A stretch of 63,394 nucleotides of DNA, filler included, from Octopus bimaculoides (Eukaryota), in NCBI RefSeq assembly GCF_001194135.2. It is 3 parts of 3 records of this genome, joined end to end, with 100 filler letters (N's around TTAATTAATTAA, not from the genome) between each part and the next. Parts side by side here need not be neighbours in the genome. Positions count along the whole stretch, not along the records: positions 1 to 26,915 come from NC_069010.1; positions 27,016 to 39,146 come from NC_068994.1; 1 more part is not named here. The stretch is one strand, 5' to 3'. The translations under genes and the position numbers were made by a program. Below the pieces are notes generated by a model that was not told the DNA's origin, searched no databases, and saw only the letters and a program-made list of their open reading frames with translations. How positions within the stretch are numbered: the first letter of the stretch is position 1; every line of letters starts with the position of its first letter. Positions 22,972-33,999 of the stretch are shown here, piece after piece.

Positions 22972-23452
22972 TAAACTCCGCTTGTGAAGACCTGTTGGGG
23001 CAAGCGAAAGTGAAATCATGATGGCACCAGTACCAGTAAATCACTAAGAGCACCGTCCGAGCGTGATCGTTGCCAGAGCACCAGCTGTCTGGCTTCCGTG
23101 CCGGGGGCACGAAAATAGCTCCGTTTGAGCGTAATCGTTACCAACGTTGCCTTCCTGGCACGTGAAAAGACATTCGAGCGAGTTCATTGCCAGTACCGCT
23201 GGACTGGCTCCTGTGCACGTAAAATACACCATTTTGAGCGTGGCCGTTGCCAGTACCTCCTGACTGGCCTTCGTGCCGGCGGCACGTAAAAGCACCCACT
23301 ACACTCTCGGAGTGGTTGGCGTTAGGAAGGGCATCCAGCTGTAGAAACTCTGCCAAATCAGATTGGAGCCTGGTGTAGCCATCTGGTTTCACCAGTCCTC
23401 AGTCAAATCGTCCAACCCATGCTAGCATGGAAAGCGGACGTTAAATGATGAT
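22972..23452 (+). mobile_element. F1 retroposon in the opposite orientation to all other copies
   Basis: Ends CCATGCTAGCATGGAAAGCGGACGTTAAATGATGATG on + strand. Confidence 0.85.
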
Positions 23453-23767
23453 GAACTTCATAAATCATTACTGACCCAAAATAGTTTGTGTACTTATTCT
23501 TCCTTTTATACAGATTCAAAATAAATATTTAAAAAATATATTTTTTGCTTGGAAATTGAAAAAAAAAATGTGTATCTTTAAGAGGTTAACCATATTCTGA
23601 ATAGAAAGTAGCCTGTTTACAGCTTAAGGTACTGGAAATAAACTTAACAATGTGTTTATTTTAAGCGCTCTTCTCAAAGCAACGTGCCTGCAGCTACAGG
23701 AGAGAAGCCTTGTGGGTGACAGATTGCAAGAGCTCAGAGAGGGTTAAAGTCACCATGATATTTTTAA

Positions 23768-24197
23768 CCATTTTGATACCAACCTGCCTGAAACTAGCTC
23801 TGGCTCTGTTGTACAAATGTCTTGTTTTCATAAGTTCTGAATTAAAATCTTCCACCAAACCTTAGTCACAATTTATGTTCCTAACACTAGCTTAATGATA
23901 ACTAAGTTATTTTACTAAATTCTTTCATCGTCGTTTAATGTCCACTTTCCATGCTAGCATGGGTTGGACGATTTGACTGAGGACTGGTGGACCAGGAGGC
24001 GACACCAGGCTCCAATCTGATTTAGCAGAGTTTCTACAGCTGGATGCCCTTCCTAACGCCAACCACTCCGAGAATGCAGTGGGTGCTTTTACGTGCCACC
24101 GGCACGAGGGCCAGTCAGGAGGTACTGGCAATGGCCACGCTCGTAATTAATTGAAAGAAACACAGAGCATCTCGGCAGAAATATGATAACAAAAGGG
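23768..24197. mobile_element. piggyBac-derived MITE copy 1 (carries an F1 insertion at 23925-24142)
   Basis: TTAA-CCATTTTGATACC...GATAACAAAAGGG-TTAA; collinear with 24222-24442. Confidence 0.8.
23925..24142 (-). mobile_element. F1 retroposon, partial, nested in MITE
   Basis: CATCGTCGTTTAATGTCCACTTTCCATGCTAGC... Confidence 0.85.
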
Positions 24198-24221
24198 TTA
24201 AAGTCACCATGATATTTTTAA

Positions 24222-24442
24222 CCCTTTTGATACCAACCTGGCTGAAACCAGCTCTGGTTCTGAGTGCAAATGTCTTGTTTTCATAAGATTTGAATTAAAA
24301 TCTTCCACCAAACCTTAGTCACAATTTATGTCCCTAACATTAGCTGAATGATAACTAAGTTATTTTACTAAATTCTTTGTTATATTTAAAATTAATTGAA
24401 AGAAACACAAAGCATCTCAGCAGAAATTTGATAACAAAAGGG
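24222..24442. mobile_element. piggyBac-derived MITE copy 2 (221 bp)
   Basis: TTAA flanks (24218-24221, 24443-24446); ends CCCTTTTGATACC / GATAACAAAAGGG. Confidence 0.85.
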
Positions 24443-24605
24443 TTAAGACAGTTTGTCGTTTTTTCAATTTGCAAACAGTTAAATTTACTTTGCCTTTTTT
24501 TTGTATTTCCACTGTGTAGGTTTACATATATAATATTTAATTAATTAATTATCTCCTTAATTATTCGTGTGTTTATCTTATTTTTTCGTCTTCTCTCTTC
24601 TGCAG

Positions 24606-24821
24606 CTCTATGTGGATTATGATGAGGCGAGAGAAACGTGATCGTCGCCACTTCAAGAGAATGCGATTCCCACCATTTGATGATGAAGAACCACCCCTTG
24701 ACTACGCTGACAATGTGCTGGATGTTGAACCTTTGGAAGCCATCCAGTTAGAACTGGATACTGATGAAGACAAGGCGGTGATGAACTGGTTCTATGAACA
24801 CAAGCCACTTGCTGATACCAA
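24606..24821 (+). CDS. PRPF8: PRPF8 coding exon 4 (216 nt); last PRPF8 exon visible
   Basis: (G)[71 protein letters not shown](K); CTGCAG| acceptor, AA|GTAAGT donor. Confidence 0.97.
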
Positions 24822-25644
24822 GTAAGTGCTCTATTTGGCCTAGCATATGTTATATAGTCATGCTAATTATATATGTGTATATATAATCTCCTATGTGTAT
24901 GTATATAATCTCCTATGTGTATGTATATAATCTCCTTTCCTCCCTTCTATAGTAAACAGTTTTATTGTCTTTCATGCATTAATATTTGAAGATGACTTTT
25001 TTGTATGTGTATATTGAGTTGCAGAATGGATGTAACCATGATATTTTGATGATCTGATGAGCTAGCCTTCTATACCTGCATTACCTTGTAAAATGTACAA
25101 CTGTATTATGTAATTTATTAAAAATACACAAATGCAGACATGTAAAACAATTTATTATACACGAGAATAAATTATTTTTCCATGATGTTGGCTGCAAATT
25201 GATAATTATCTTATTGATATCAAGTGAAATTAGTATATTCATCTACCTCCTGGCTTTCTTTATATTCTCTCTCTCTTTCTATATATATATATATATATAT
25301 AATTTTAAATAAGAGCCATAATGCAATCCATAGTAAAACTTGTTTAATAACCTATGCACATTTTAATGCAAGATCCCGACTCACTCTTGTTTGAGATAAG
25401 AATATGGGGGTCTTGCATCTCTTCAGGATCAAGTTACATTATTTCACAGCAGACAGCAAACAACAGACAACATTAATAGTTGTCCTTAAATTACATGTGT
25501 CTTTTAAATTGATATGCACACAAAATTGCCTCATATACAACTTTTCAAGTGAGAATTTTGCTATGTTGATAACAGGTACAATATTTTTACCAAATATTTG
25601 GTAGAGATCTATATATATATATATATAGATATATATATCTTTTT

Positions 25645-26322
25645 ATCTTTACTTATTTCAGTTATTTGACTGCGGCCATGCTGGAGCACCGCCTTTAGTC
25701 GAGCAAATCGACGCCAGGACTTATTCTTTGGAAGCCTAGTACTTATTCTATCAGTCACTTTTGCCGAACCGCTAAGTTACGGGGACGTAAACACACCACC
25801 ATTGGTTGTCAAGCAATGTTTGGGGGGTGGTGGTGGCAATCACAGACACACAAACNNNNNNNNNNNNNNNNNNNNNNNNNNNNNNNNNNNNNNNNNNNNN
25901 NNNNNNNNNNNNNNNNNNNNNNNNNNNNNNNNNNNNNNNNNNNNNNNNNNNNNNNNNNNNNNNNNNNNNNNNNNNNNNNNNNNNNNNNNNNNNNNNNNNN
26001 NNNNNNNNNNNNNNNNNNNNNNNNNNNNNNNNNNNNNNNNNNNNNNNNNNNNNNNNNNNNNNNNNNNNNNNNNNNNNNNNNNNNNNNNNNNNNNNNNNNN
26101 NNNNNNNNNNNNNNNNNNNNNNNNNNNNNNATATATATATATATATATATACATATATACGACGGGTTTCTTTCAGTTTCCATCTACCAAATCCACTCAC
26201 AAGGCTTTGGTCGGCCTGAGGCTACAGTAGAAAACACTTGCCCAAGGTGCCACACAGTGGGAATGAACCCGGAACCATGTGGTTGGTAAGCAAGCTACTT
26301 ACCACACAGCCACTCCTGTGCC
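25645..26322 (-). mobile_element. SINE F2, inverted, microsatellite core in N gap
   Basis: Reverse complement of 2403-2830 on both sides of the gap. Confidence 0.8.
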
Positions 26323-26637
26323 TATACATATATATATATCAAGGGTTGAACAGAAAGAACATAACAAAGAGAAAAAGGTAGATGAAAGCAGACCAAACTG
26401 GAAACTACACGAAAATTTGACGGATGGGAGATTTAGACAAAGGCATAATACACATAATATTCGTAGCTGAATTTTCTTTGTCAGTCAATGACCCAAAATA
26501 TCATATTGGTTTCACGCCATTACCAATATTTTGGCTCATGATACATTCATGTAGCGCAATGTACACCCTGTTTGTTTACTTTGTAGATATTGTTGGCATT
26601 CCATCGCTTACGACGTCGAGGGTTCCAGTTGATCCGA

Positions 26638-26793
26638 GTGCAAATGTCTCCTTCCACCAAACCTTGGTCACAATTCATGTTCCTAACACTAGCTTAATGA
26701 TAACTAAGTTAATTTACTAAATTCTTTTTTATATTTAAAATTAATTGAAAGAAATAGAGTATCTCAAAATAAATACAGTAATGAATGGGTTAA
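26638..26793. mobile_element. Partial third copy of the piggyBac-derived MITE
   Basis: CTTCCACCAAACCTTGGTCACAATT...AATTAATTGAAAGAAA...GGGTTAA. Confidence 0.7.
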
Positions 26794-26915
26794 ACCTTCT
26801 TGCTGGTAACTGAATGGCTCTCTGAGCTCAGAGCTGGATAACCCCTGCTATGCTTGAAATGACATCCCAATACTAAAAGTTCCCTGTTTTTATTTTATGT
26901 ATTTTTTTTTTTTTT

Positions 26916-27015
26916 NNNNNNNNNNNNNNNNNNNNNNNNNNNNNNNNNNNNNNNNNNNNTTAATTAATTAANNNNNNNNNNNNNNNNNNNNNNNNNNNNN
27001 NNNNNNNNNNNNNNN
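26916..27015. other. Artificial scaffold-join spacer
   Basis: Exactly 44 N + TTAATTAATTAA (26960-26971) + 44 N; identical construct at 39147-39246. Confidence 0.9.
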
Positions 27016-27395
27016 ACGAAAACAATACCTATTGTCATAGGTGCCCTGGGAATGACAGCGAAACGGGCTGATTACTACCTAGCTCAGATACCAGGAAACC
27101 CCAAAATGGCTGAAGTCCAAAAGATAGTGCTCATGGGAACTGCCCATATCCTACGTAAAATACTGTCTATGTGATCTCAAATTTTAAAGCAAACATAATT
27201 TTCTTATGGTTTCTTAAACATTCACTTGAACAAAACTGTACAAATCCAAATATATGGTACCCTAGGCATAACACCTACATGAACTTCTAACTTGTTGTCT
27301 CTTGAGGTCTCTGGGTGAGACTTGGATCCAACTTGTACAAATGCAAAACAAAAGTCAAACATAAAATAATAATAATAATAATAATAATGATAATA
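27016..27395 (+). mobile_element. REL LINE lineage B, 3' end with (TAA)n
   Basis: TKTIPIVIGALG...EVQKIVLMGTAHILRKIL*; 3'UTR matches 53500-53690. Confidence 0.85.
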
Positions 27396-27397
27396 AT

Positions 27398-27800
27398 ATG
27401 TCGTGTATGTCAACAACAAAAGGAAACATTGTCTCCGTGTGCAGTTTTCCTGTGCCTACAGAGTATCTCAACAGGCACAATATATTCACTGAGTAATTTG
27501 CAAAAACCTGGACTTGCCCCATGGTGGGAACACAAACCACCTCCAGTGCTTGAAAATGATCACATCTCACTCCTCTGGAACTTCACCATTCAAACTGACA
27601 GAAAGATAGATGAAAATAGGCCAGACATTATATTGAAAGACTTCAGACAAAAATCATACCTCCTCATTGATATGACTGTCCCAATCGATATAAACGTATC
27701 TGTCAAGGCCTATCAAAAACTGAGCAAGTGTAAAGATCTTGAAATAGAAATTAGCAAAATGTGGAACCTGAAGACTAATACAATACCTGTTGTCATAGGC
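27398..27800 (+). mobile_element. REL LINE lineage B fragment starting directly after the TAA tract
   Basis: CRVCQQQKET...LWNFTIQTDRKIDENRPDIILKD...LLIDMTVP...KMWNLKTNTIPVVIG (RPD-x-D REL motif). Confidence 0.85.
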
Positions 27801-27959
27801 TTTTTGAAGGAGAAAGAAAACATGTTGATTTACCATCAACCATGTGACGATGCTTTTTGCATGCATACAAGACCATTACTATATGTCTCATCAACAAAAA
27901 AGAAGAAGCAGATTGAAATTATGTTCGAAAAAGCCTTGATTACAACTGATCACTTTCAA

Positions 27960-28444
27960 ATAGGAGCTAAAAGCTGACAATCAGAAACTCTGACTTCAGA
28001 GGAGAGAAACTGAAAGAAAAATAATTAATAGCAAATACAACAGAAGTCAGTTAGCAGTGCAGAAAGACGTGTGAGAACAAGCAATAAATGTCATAGCAGC
28101 TACTTCACGAGAAGATATAGATTTCTTTGGTGAGAAACCCGGCTTGAAGCGGGTTTCTCACCAAAGATAAGAACTCTTTGCATACAATAAAACAGTGGCT
28201 CATAATGTTTTTCTGGTATCAGTACTCATATCAGCATTTGAACTACTTGACTGGACACTTGATGAGATACGATCCAGCAAATGTCAACATAAATCTAAAG
28301 ATCAGTGAAAAAGAAAACACTTAGGCTGAACTACTGAGAAATTTACAGCTATTTTACCTGGATTACAAGTTCCAACTTATACTCGTCATTATTGGGGCAC
28401 TCGGGTCTTTTACCAACGATCTCAGCACATATTTTGAGAAAGTA
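27960..28444 (+). mobile_element. Internally deleted lineage-A REL LINE pieces
   Basis: Matches 4420-4540 (ACAATAAAACAGTGGC...GACTGGACACTTGATGAG) joined to 6530-6690-like sequence. Confidence 0.65.
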
Positions 28445-31300
28445 GAGTCAGAGGCAAGCGATTCCCAGCCACGGACTGAAATGCTGCAGGCCTCAAGGGA
28501 AGTTTTCAGGCTGTCCTTGTATCGCCTTAGTGGCCTTCCATGGTTTCTTACTCCAGAAGCCAGCTCAGAGAAGTTAATCTTTGGTAGACGCGCATCGTTC
28601 ATTCGGCGGACTACATGTCCGACCCACCGGAGCTGGGCCTTCATGATGAGGGCTTCGATTCTGGGCATTTCGGCTCTGCGATGCACCTAAGTGTTAGAGA
28701 CTCTGTCCTACCAAGAAAGTGCCATGATTTGTCGCAAGCAGCGGCGGTGGAACTGGTCAAGTACTCGCATTTGCCTCCTATACAGCGTCCACGCCCCACA
28801 GCCGCAGAGCAGAGAGGTGATGACGACTGCCCTATAGACTGCCAGCTTTGTGGAAAGTCTGATGCCTCGTTCGGCCCACACACGTGTCCAAAGTCTGCCA
28901 AACGAAGCTCCTGCTTTTGCAAGCCTCATGGAGACATCTTTGTGCATGCTGCAGTTTGAGGACAGGCAGCTTTCTAGGTATGTAAAGCTCTCTACGTTGC
29001 TCAGATTTGTACCCTGAATCTCAATCTGAGACTCAGGAGGTGTCAGGTCAGGTGCAGGCTGAAGCATTACTTCAGTTTTTCGCAGGCTAATGGTCAGTCC
29101 GAAGGCTTTTGCTACTTCTGCAAGACAAGTAGCAAGTTCTTGCAGGTTGGGTTCATTCAATGCTGCAAGCGCACAATCGTCCGCAAACAGGAAGTCTCTC
29201 ACTAGGGCGTCCAGGACTTTGGTTTTTGCCTTCAGACGTCTGAGGTCAAAGAATCGGCCGTCACATCTGTAGAGAATAGTGACACCAGCATCAGACTTTG
29301 ACCGGGTGTGGAAGAGCATGGTAGCAAACATGAGGCTGAAGAGTGTGGGAGCCATCACACAGCCTTGCTTCACGTCATTGAAGACCGGGAATGGATCAGA
29401 GACATCTCCGTTTTCCACGATGCGAGCCATCATGCCATCATGAAATGAATTGATGATCCTGATGAGCTTTGGTGGGCAGCCTAGCTTGGACAAGATATCC
29501 CACAGGCCCTCTCGGTTGACAGTGTCAAAATATTCGTCAGGTCCACGAAGAGGATGTAGAGGTTCTGGTTTTGTTCTCGGCGCTTCTCTTGTATATGCCG
29601 TACCGCAAAGACATGTCTATTGTCCCCCTGTTGTTCCTAAATCTACACTGGCTCTCTGAGACCACGTCGTCCAGCAGGTGGTGTGTGATGCGATTCAGAA
29701 AAACACAGGCTATGACCCTTCCTGTGTTGCTCAGCAATGAGATGCCTCTGTGGTAGTCACATGAAGCTCTGTTCCCCTTGTTCTTGTACAGATACACGAT
29801 GTTAGCATCCTTGAAGTCCTGCGGCACTGATCCATCGTCCCAGAACTGCTGTATCAGCTCACTCAACTTGATGGCAACAGCTTCACCACCCTCTATGAAG
29901 ATCTCTGGGGGGTATTCCGTCAGGACCAGGTGCTTTCCCCACATGTAGTTGCTTGATGGACTTCTGGATTTCTGCCAGTGTTGGGGCGGTCATCAAGCGA
30001 CACCAGGACTGGGCCCTGTGGCATGTCTTGGATGGCCTGTTGGTCAATCTGAGAAGGTCTGTTTAGCAGCTGACTGAAGTGTTCACTCCAGCGCTGTGTG
30101 ATGTCACTCTTCTCATTAATCTGGGTTCCATCGGCAGAGCGCACAGGTGCCATTGCATTTAGCGTGGGGCCATACACGTCTTTCAGGCCGGCAAAGAACT
30201 TCTTGGCGTTGTGTTCGTCTGCATACTGCTGTAGTTCTACAGCTTTGTTTTCCCACCACTTGTCTTACATCTGTCGCAGCTCAGTCTACACCTTTCCTCT
30301 GATGTTCTTGAAGCGTCGTGCTTGGCTTGACAGTCTTTGTCGTTGAGCCAGGCTGTGAAGGCTTCTTTCTTCTCCTGGAGGAGGGTGGTGATCTCCTTCT
30401 TGTTGTCAAACCAGTCTTGGTGTTTCGGTTTTGTCTGGCCAAGGGTAAAGCTGGCAGAGTCATACACTGCATCCCGGAAGTTGACCCAGGCCTTCTCAAG
30501 GTTTCCCTCTGCTGGCAGATGTTCAAGCTGGTTCGCAAGGTTGGCAATGAGGGTCTCTTTTGTTTTTGGTTCATTGAGTTTTTGGACGCCCGGTTTCTTT
30601 TTAGCATCAGCTTTCTGGCGTCTGTGTCTGTTGGCAATGGAAAAGGACAGTCTACACCTCAACAGCAGGTGATCTGTGCAGTAGTCAGCTCCCCTCATTG
30701 CCCTAGTGATGCGAACATCCTGGATGTCACGGTGCCTGATGATCACATAGTCGATCAGGTGCCAATGCTTGGACCTTGGGTGCATCCAGGTAGCCTTGTG
30801 GATGTCAGGCAGTTGGTACAGGGTATTGGTGATGGTGAATTTCTGTTCAGCGCAGAAGGTGAGTAGCAGTTGACGGTTGGTATTCTCATGTCCGATGCCA
30901 TGTGGCCCGATGACATCTGGCCAAGACTGGGCATCTCTGCCTACACGGGCATTGAAGTCCCCGTGTATTAGCAGCTTGTCGTCTTTAGGAACTTCTTGTA
31001 GTACTTTGGTGAGGTTCTGATAGAACAACTCTCTCTGCTCCAGAGTGTAGGTCGCGGTGGGGGCGTAAGCACTGATGAGTGTCAAGTGCATCTTGCCTTG
31101 GAGAGGAATTCTCATCACCATCAGGTGGTCGCTGATTCCTCTTGGGAGGGACCCCAGGTTCTTGACGAGGGCGGTGCGAATGGCAAAGCCAACTACTGCT
31201 GCCCTGCGTTCATCCGGTGCCTTCCCTGATCAAAAGAAAGTGTATCCAGCTCCAGCCTCGGTGATCTCCCCTGTGTCGGCAAGACGTATCTCGCTGAGGG
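28445..31300 (-). mobile_element. RTE-clade LINE (APE endonuclease + reverse transcriptase), disrupted, truncated at both ends
   Basis: LSE.RLADTGEITEAGAGYTFFWSG, ISAYAPT, GDFNARVG, WMHPRSKHWHLIDY, TDHLL (APE); VKQGCVMAPTLFSL, FADD, FTYL, LRWVGHV.RM (RT); several stops/frameshifts. Confidence 0.95.
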
Positions 31301-31355
31301 TAGTATTTAATGAAGCTGACAAATACAACAAGAAATCATACTACCTAATAAATAC

Positions 31356-31466
31356 GAAGAAGAAGAAGAAGAAGAAGAAGAAGAAGAAGAAGAAGAAGAA
31401 GAAGAAGAAGAAGAAGAAGAAGAAGAAGAAGAAGAAGAAGAAGAAGAAGAAGAAGAAGAAGAAGAA
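31356..31466. repeat. (GAA)n microsatellite, ~37 units
   Basis: Direct reading. Confidence 0.95.
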
Positions 31467-31761
31467 GAGGGGATGGAATCACTGAATCCTGAGCAAGAGA
31501 ACTGTGGAGGCCTTGGGTTGCTCTTGGAGGGCGGGGAGGCCTCACTACCCGTACAGGAACAGAAGGACCTGCCCACTGCCCATACGATTTATACAATTAA
31601 AAAAAAAAAGAACACAGTATATACAATACACACACGCAGAGTCCAAAATGTAACACACACACTACACACACAAACACTCCACAAACACACATAATTGAAT
31701 GGTTGTTGACTACATTGTAGTTCCTCCGCCCTTTGACAGGTCTTATTTTTTGTTCTGCAAG

Positions 31762-31852
31762 CCTGGTGGAATTGCTTAGTGGAATTGCCTGGTGGAATTG
31801 CCTGGTGGAATTGCCTGGTGGAATTGCCTGGTGGAATTGCCTGGTGGAATTG
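31762..31852. repeat. 13-bp minisatellite (CCTGGTGGAATTG) x7
   Basis: Six identical units and one variant (CTTAGTGGAATTG). Confidence 0.95.
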
Positions 31853-32330
31853 CCAGTTTAGTCGCCGACGACCTGACCATGGAACAGGTTGTACTGGACT
31901 ACAAGGTACCAGTAGCACTCGAGAGCGACCTGGCACAATACATACATAGATACATACATACATACATACATACATACACACACACATACATACATACATA
32001 CATACATACATACATGCATACACACATACATACACACACATACATACACACACATACATACACACACATACATACGTACATACATATGTGTCTAACAAGG
32101 AAAGGCTTCATTGTGACTTGTAGACAGTTTCAGAGTGGCCCAACCGGATATCATTTGCAATTGCCTGTCTTTTTCTGTTATTAACATTGCTCACATCAAT
32201 TGTTCACATTGCTAAATGAATGGAAGCAGCAAAAGGCTATCCATCATTTTCACAACATATAAACTGCATTTCGTCGGCTGTGATTATTTTAAAATTCTCG
32301 TTTTTACAAATCTTGAGGGAGTCTAAGATT

Positions 32331-32389
<59 letters not shown>

Positions 32390-32394
32390 CTTAC

Positions 32395-32641
32395 CGATAG
32401 GATCAAGTTTCAAAGAATTGTAAACAAATGATCTTGAGAATTTGAAATAAGCACCTAGTCCTTCGAATGAATACTCTAATGACGGAAGAGTGGATGCGGC
32501 TTCCGGAAATTCACCCCATGTTTTGTAACTCTTGCTCTCCGCTCTACTCGATGTTATTTGTAAAATGACAATGATTACAGCGAGAAGGAATGTTGTGTGA
32601 AAGAATTTAGTGAACAGGTAGTTACGATGGAAACCATCCAT
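32395..32641 (-). CDS. First coding exon of a signal-peptide-bearing protein, probably prominin-like
   Basis: MDGFHRNYLFTKFFHTTFLLAVIIVILQITSSRAE...KTWGEFP...GLGAYFKFSRSFVYNSLKLDPI(G); perfect donor G|GTAAGT at 32394 (phase 1); ungapped G..F.....F.Y.....D spacing like the prominin N-terminus as recalled (IGILFELVHIFLYVVQPRD). Confidence 0.55.
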
Positions 32642-32815
32642 TCCAAAGTATATATTTTAGATTTCAGTTCCGTTGTAATTTTTGCTTCCAAACTGCTTTA
32701 CTTGTAGCTGCTTGCTTTCTTCTTCTTCTTGATATGAAAGAAAACTTGTAAAACAAAAATAAATGCGTTAGTAAATATATATATATATATAGATATGTAG
32801 ATATATATATATGTA

Positions 32816-32858
<43 letters not shown>

Positions 32859-33229
32859 CCCACACTCCGTCGCTTACGACGTCGAGGGTTTCAGTTGATC
32901 CGATCAACAGAACAACTTGTTCATGAAANNNNNNNNNNNNNNNNNNNNNNNNNNNNNNNNNNNNNNNNNNNNNNNNNNNNNNNNNNNNNNNNNNNNNNNN
33001 NNNNNNNNNNNNNNNNNNNNNNNNNNNNNNNNNNNNNNNNNNNNNNNNNNNNNNNNNNNNNNNNNNNNNNNNNNNNNNNNNNNNNNNNNNNNNNNNNNNN
33101 NNNNNNNNNNNNNNNNNNNNNNNNNNNNNNNNNATGCAGTGGCGACTGGCCAGGCTGCCAGCTTGCATGATGACAAGTGAGACCCTTAGACATTAGTGTC
33201 CATATACAGGAAGAGGGCATGTTAATATC

Positions 33230-33402
33230 ATGAGAAACGCCAACGTTTCTTTGAAGAAGACAAGCAGTTCAAATCCAGCCCCAAAAGATTATGATTATTA
33301 TTATTATTAATATCATTATTACTCGGGTCACTGCCTGGAGTCGAACTCGGAATCTTAGAGTTAGTGGCCCGCGCTCTTAACCACTATGCCATATGCCCAT
33401 GA
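33230..33402. repeat. Circularly permuted local duplication of 34026-34086 plus 33835-33946
   Basis: Order B-A here versus A...B at source; ATT microhomology at the junction; ATGA at both ends. Confidence 0.8.
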
Positions 33403-33654
33403 AAAATAATTTGGTTTCACATTTGGAACTATAGGGGCTAGGGCAAAATAAGTATCTTCTGATTTCTTGTTATTCTCTCTCTATCTGTTTGAAGCTATTA
33501 CATTGCCACTATTGCATCATTTGTTCTGTAGCATCAACTCTGGAAATAAAAATTGGTCAGTATAGTTGTCAAAGTTGAGAGTTCTGAAACAGGTGACAGA
33601 TACTTCTCTTTCAAGAAATATTTCAACTTCGACCCGATTGTAATTGAGGTTGCT

Positions 33655-33944
33655 AATAAAATATCTGAATAATTTTTGGTACATTGTTTACATTATTTAC
33701 TATTGACAGATATTTGTCCTCATCTTGTTTGTTGTTAGCACAACGTTTCGGCTGATATACCCTCAAGCCTTTATCAGGTATCTTGGGGAAATTTCGAACC
33801 TGGGTTCTCATTCCTAAGGTGTTTTTCGATGTTATTATGATTATTATTATTATTATTATCATTATTACTCAGGTTACTGCCTGGAGTCGAACTCGGAATC
33901 TTAGAGTTAGTGGCCCGCGCTCTTAACCACTATGCCATATGCCC

Positions 33945-33946
<2 letters not shown>
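33655..33946 (-). mobile_element. Family F5 tRNA head-(TAA)n-hammerhead tail element, full 5' end
   Basis: Minus strand GGGCATATGGCATAGTGGTTAAGAGC (A box) ... GAGTTCGACTCC (B box), TAA tract, GATACCTGATAAAGGCTTGAGGGTATATCAGCCGAAACGTTGTGCT. Confidence 0.8.

Positions 33947-33998
<52 letters not shown>

Positions 33999-33999
<1 letters not shown>

Noticed and set aside
26960-26971. TTAATTAATTAA as a biological motif or piggyBac site
   Set aside because: Centred in exactly 44+44 N twice; a six-frame-stop assembly linker.
31860-31940. HDV-like ribozyme on the minus strand upstream of the RTE (…GGTCGTCGGCGACTAAACTGG)
   Set aside because: A J4/2-like CUAA and a short P2 are present, but no consistent P1/P3/L3 could be assigned.
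33870-33946. tRNA gene (also heads at 9136, 1169, 15755)
   Set aside because: A and B boxes are present but there is no acceptor-stem pairing, and each continues into a repeated SINE body.
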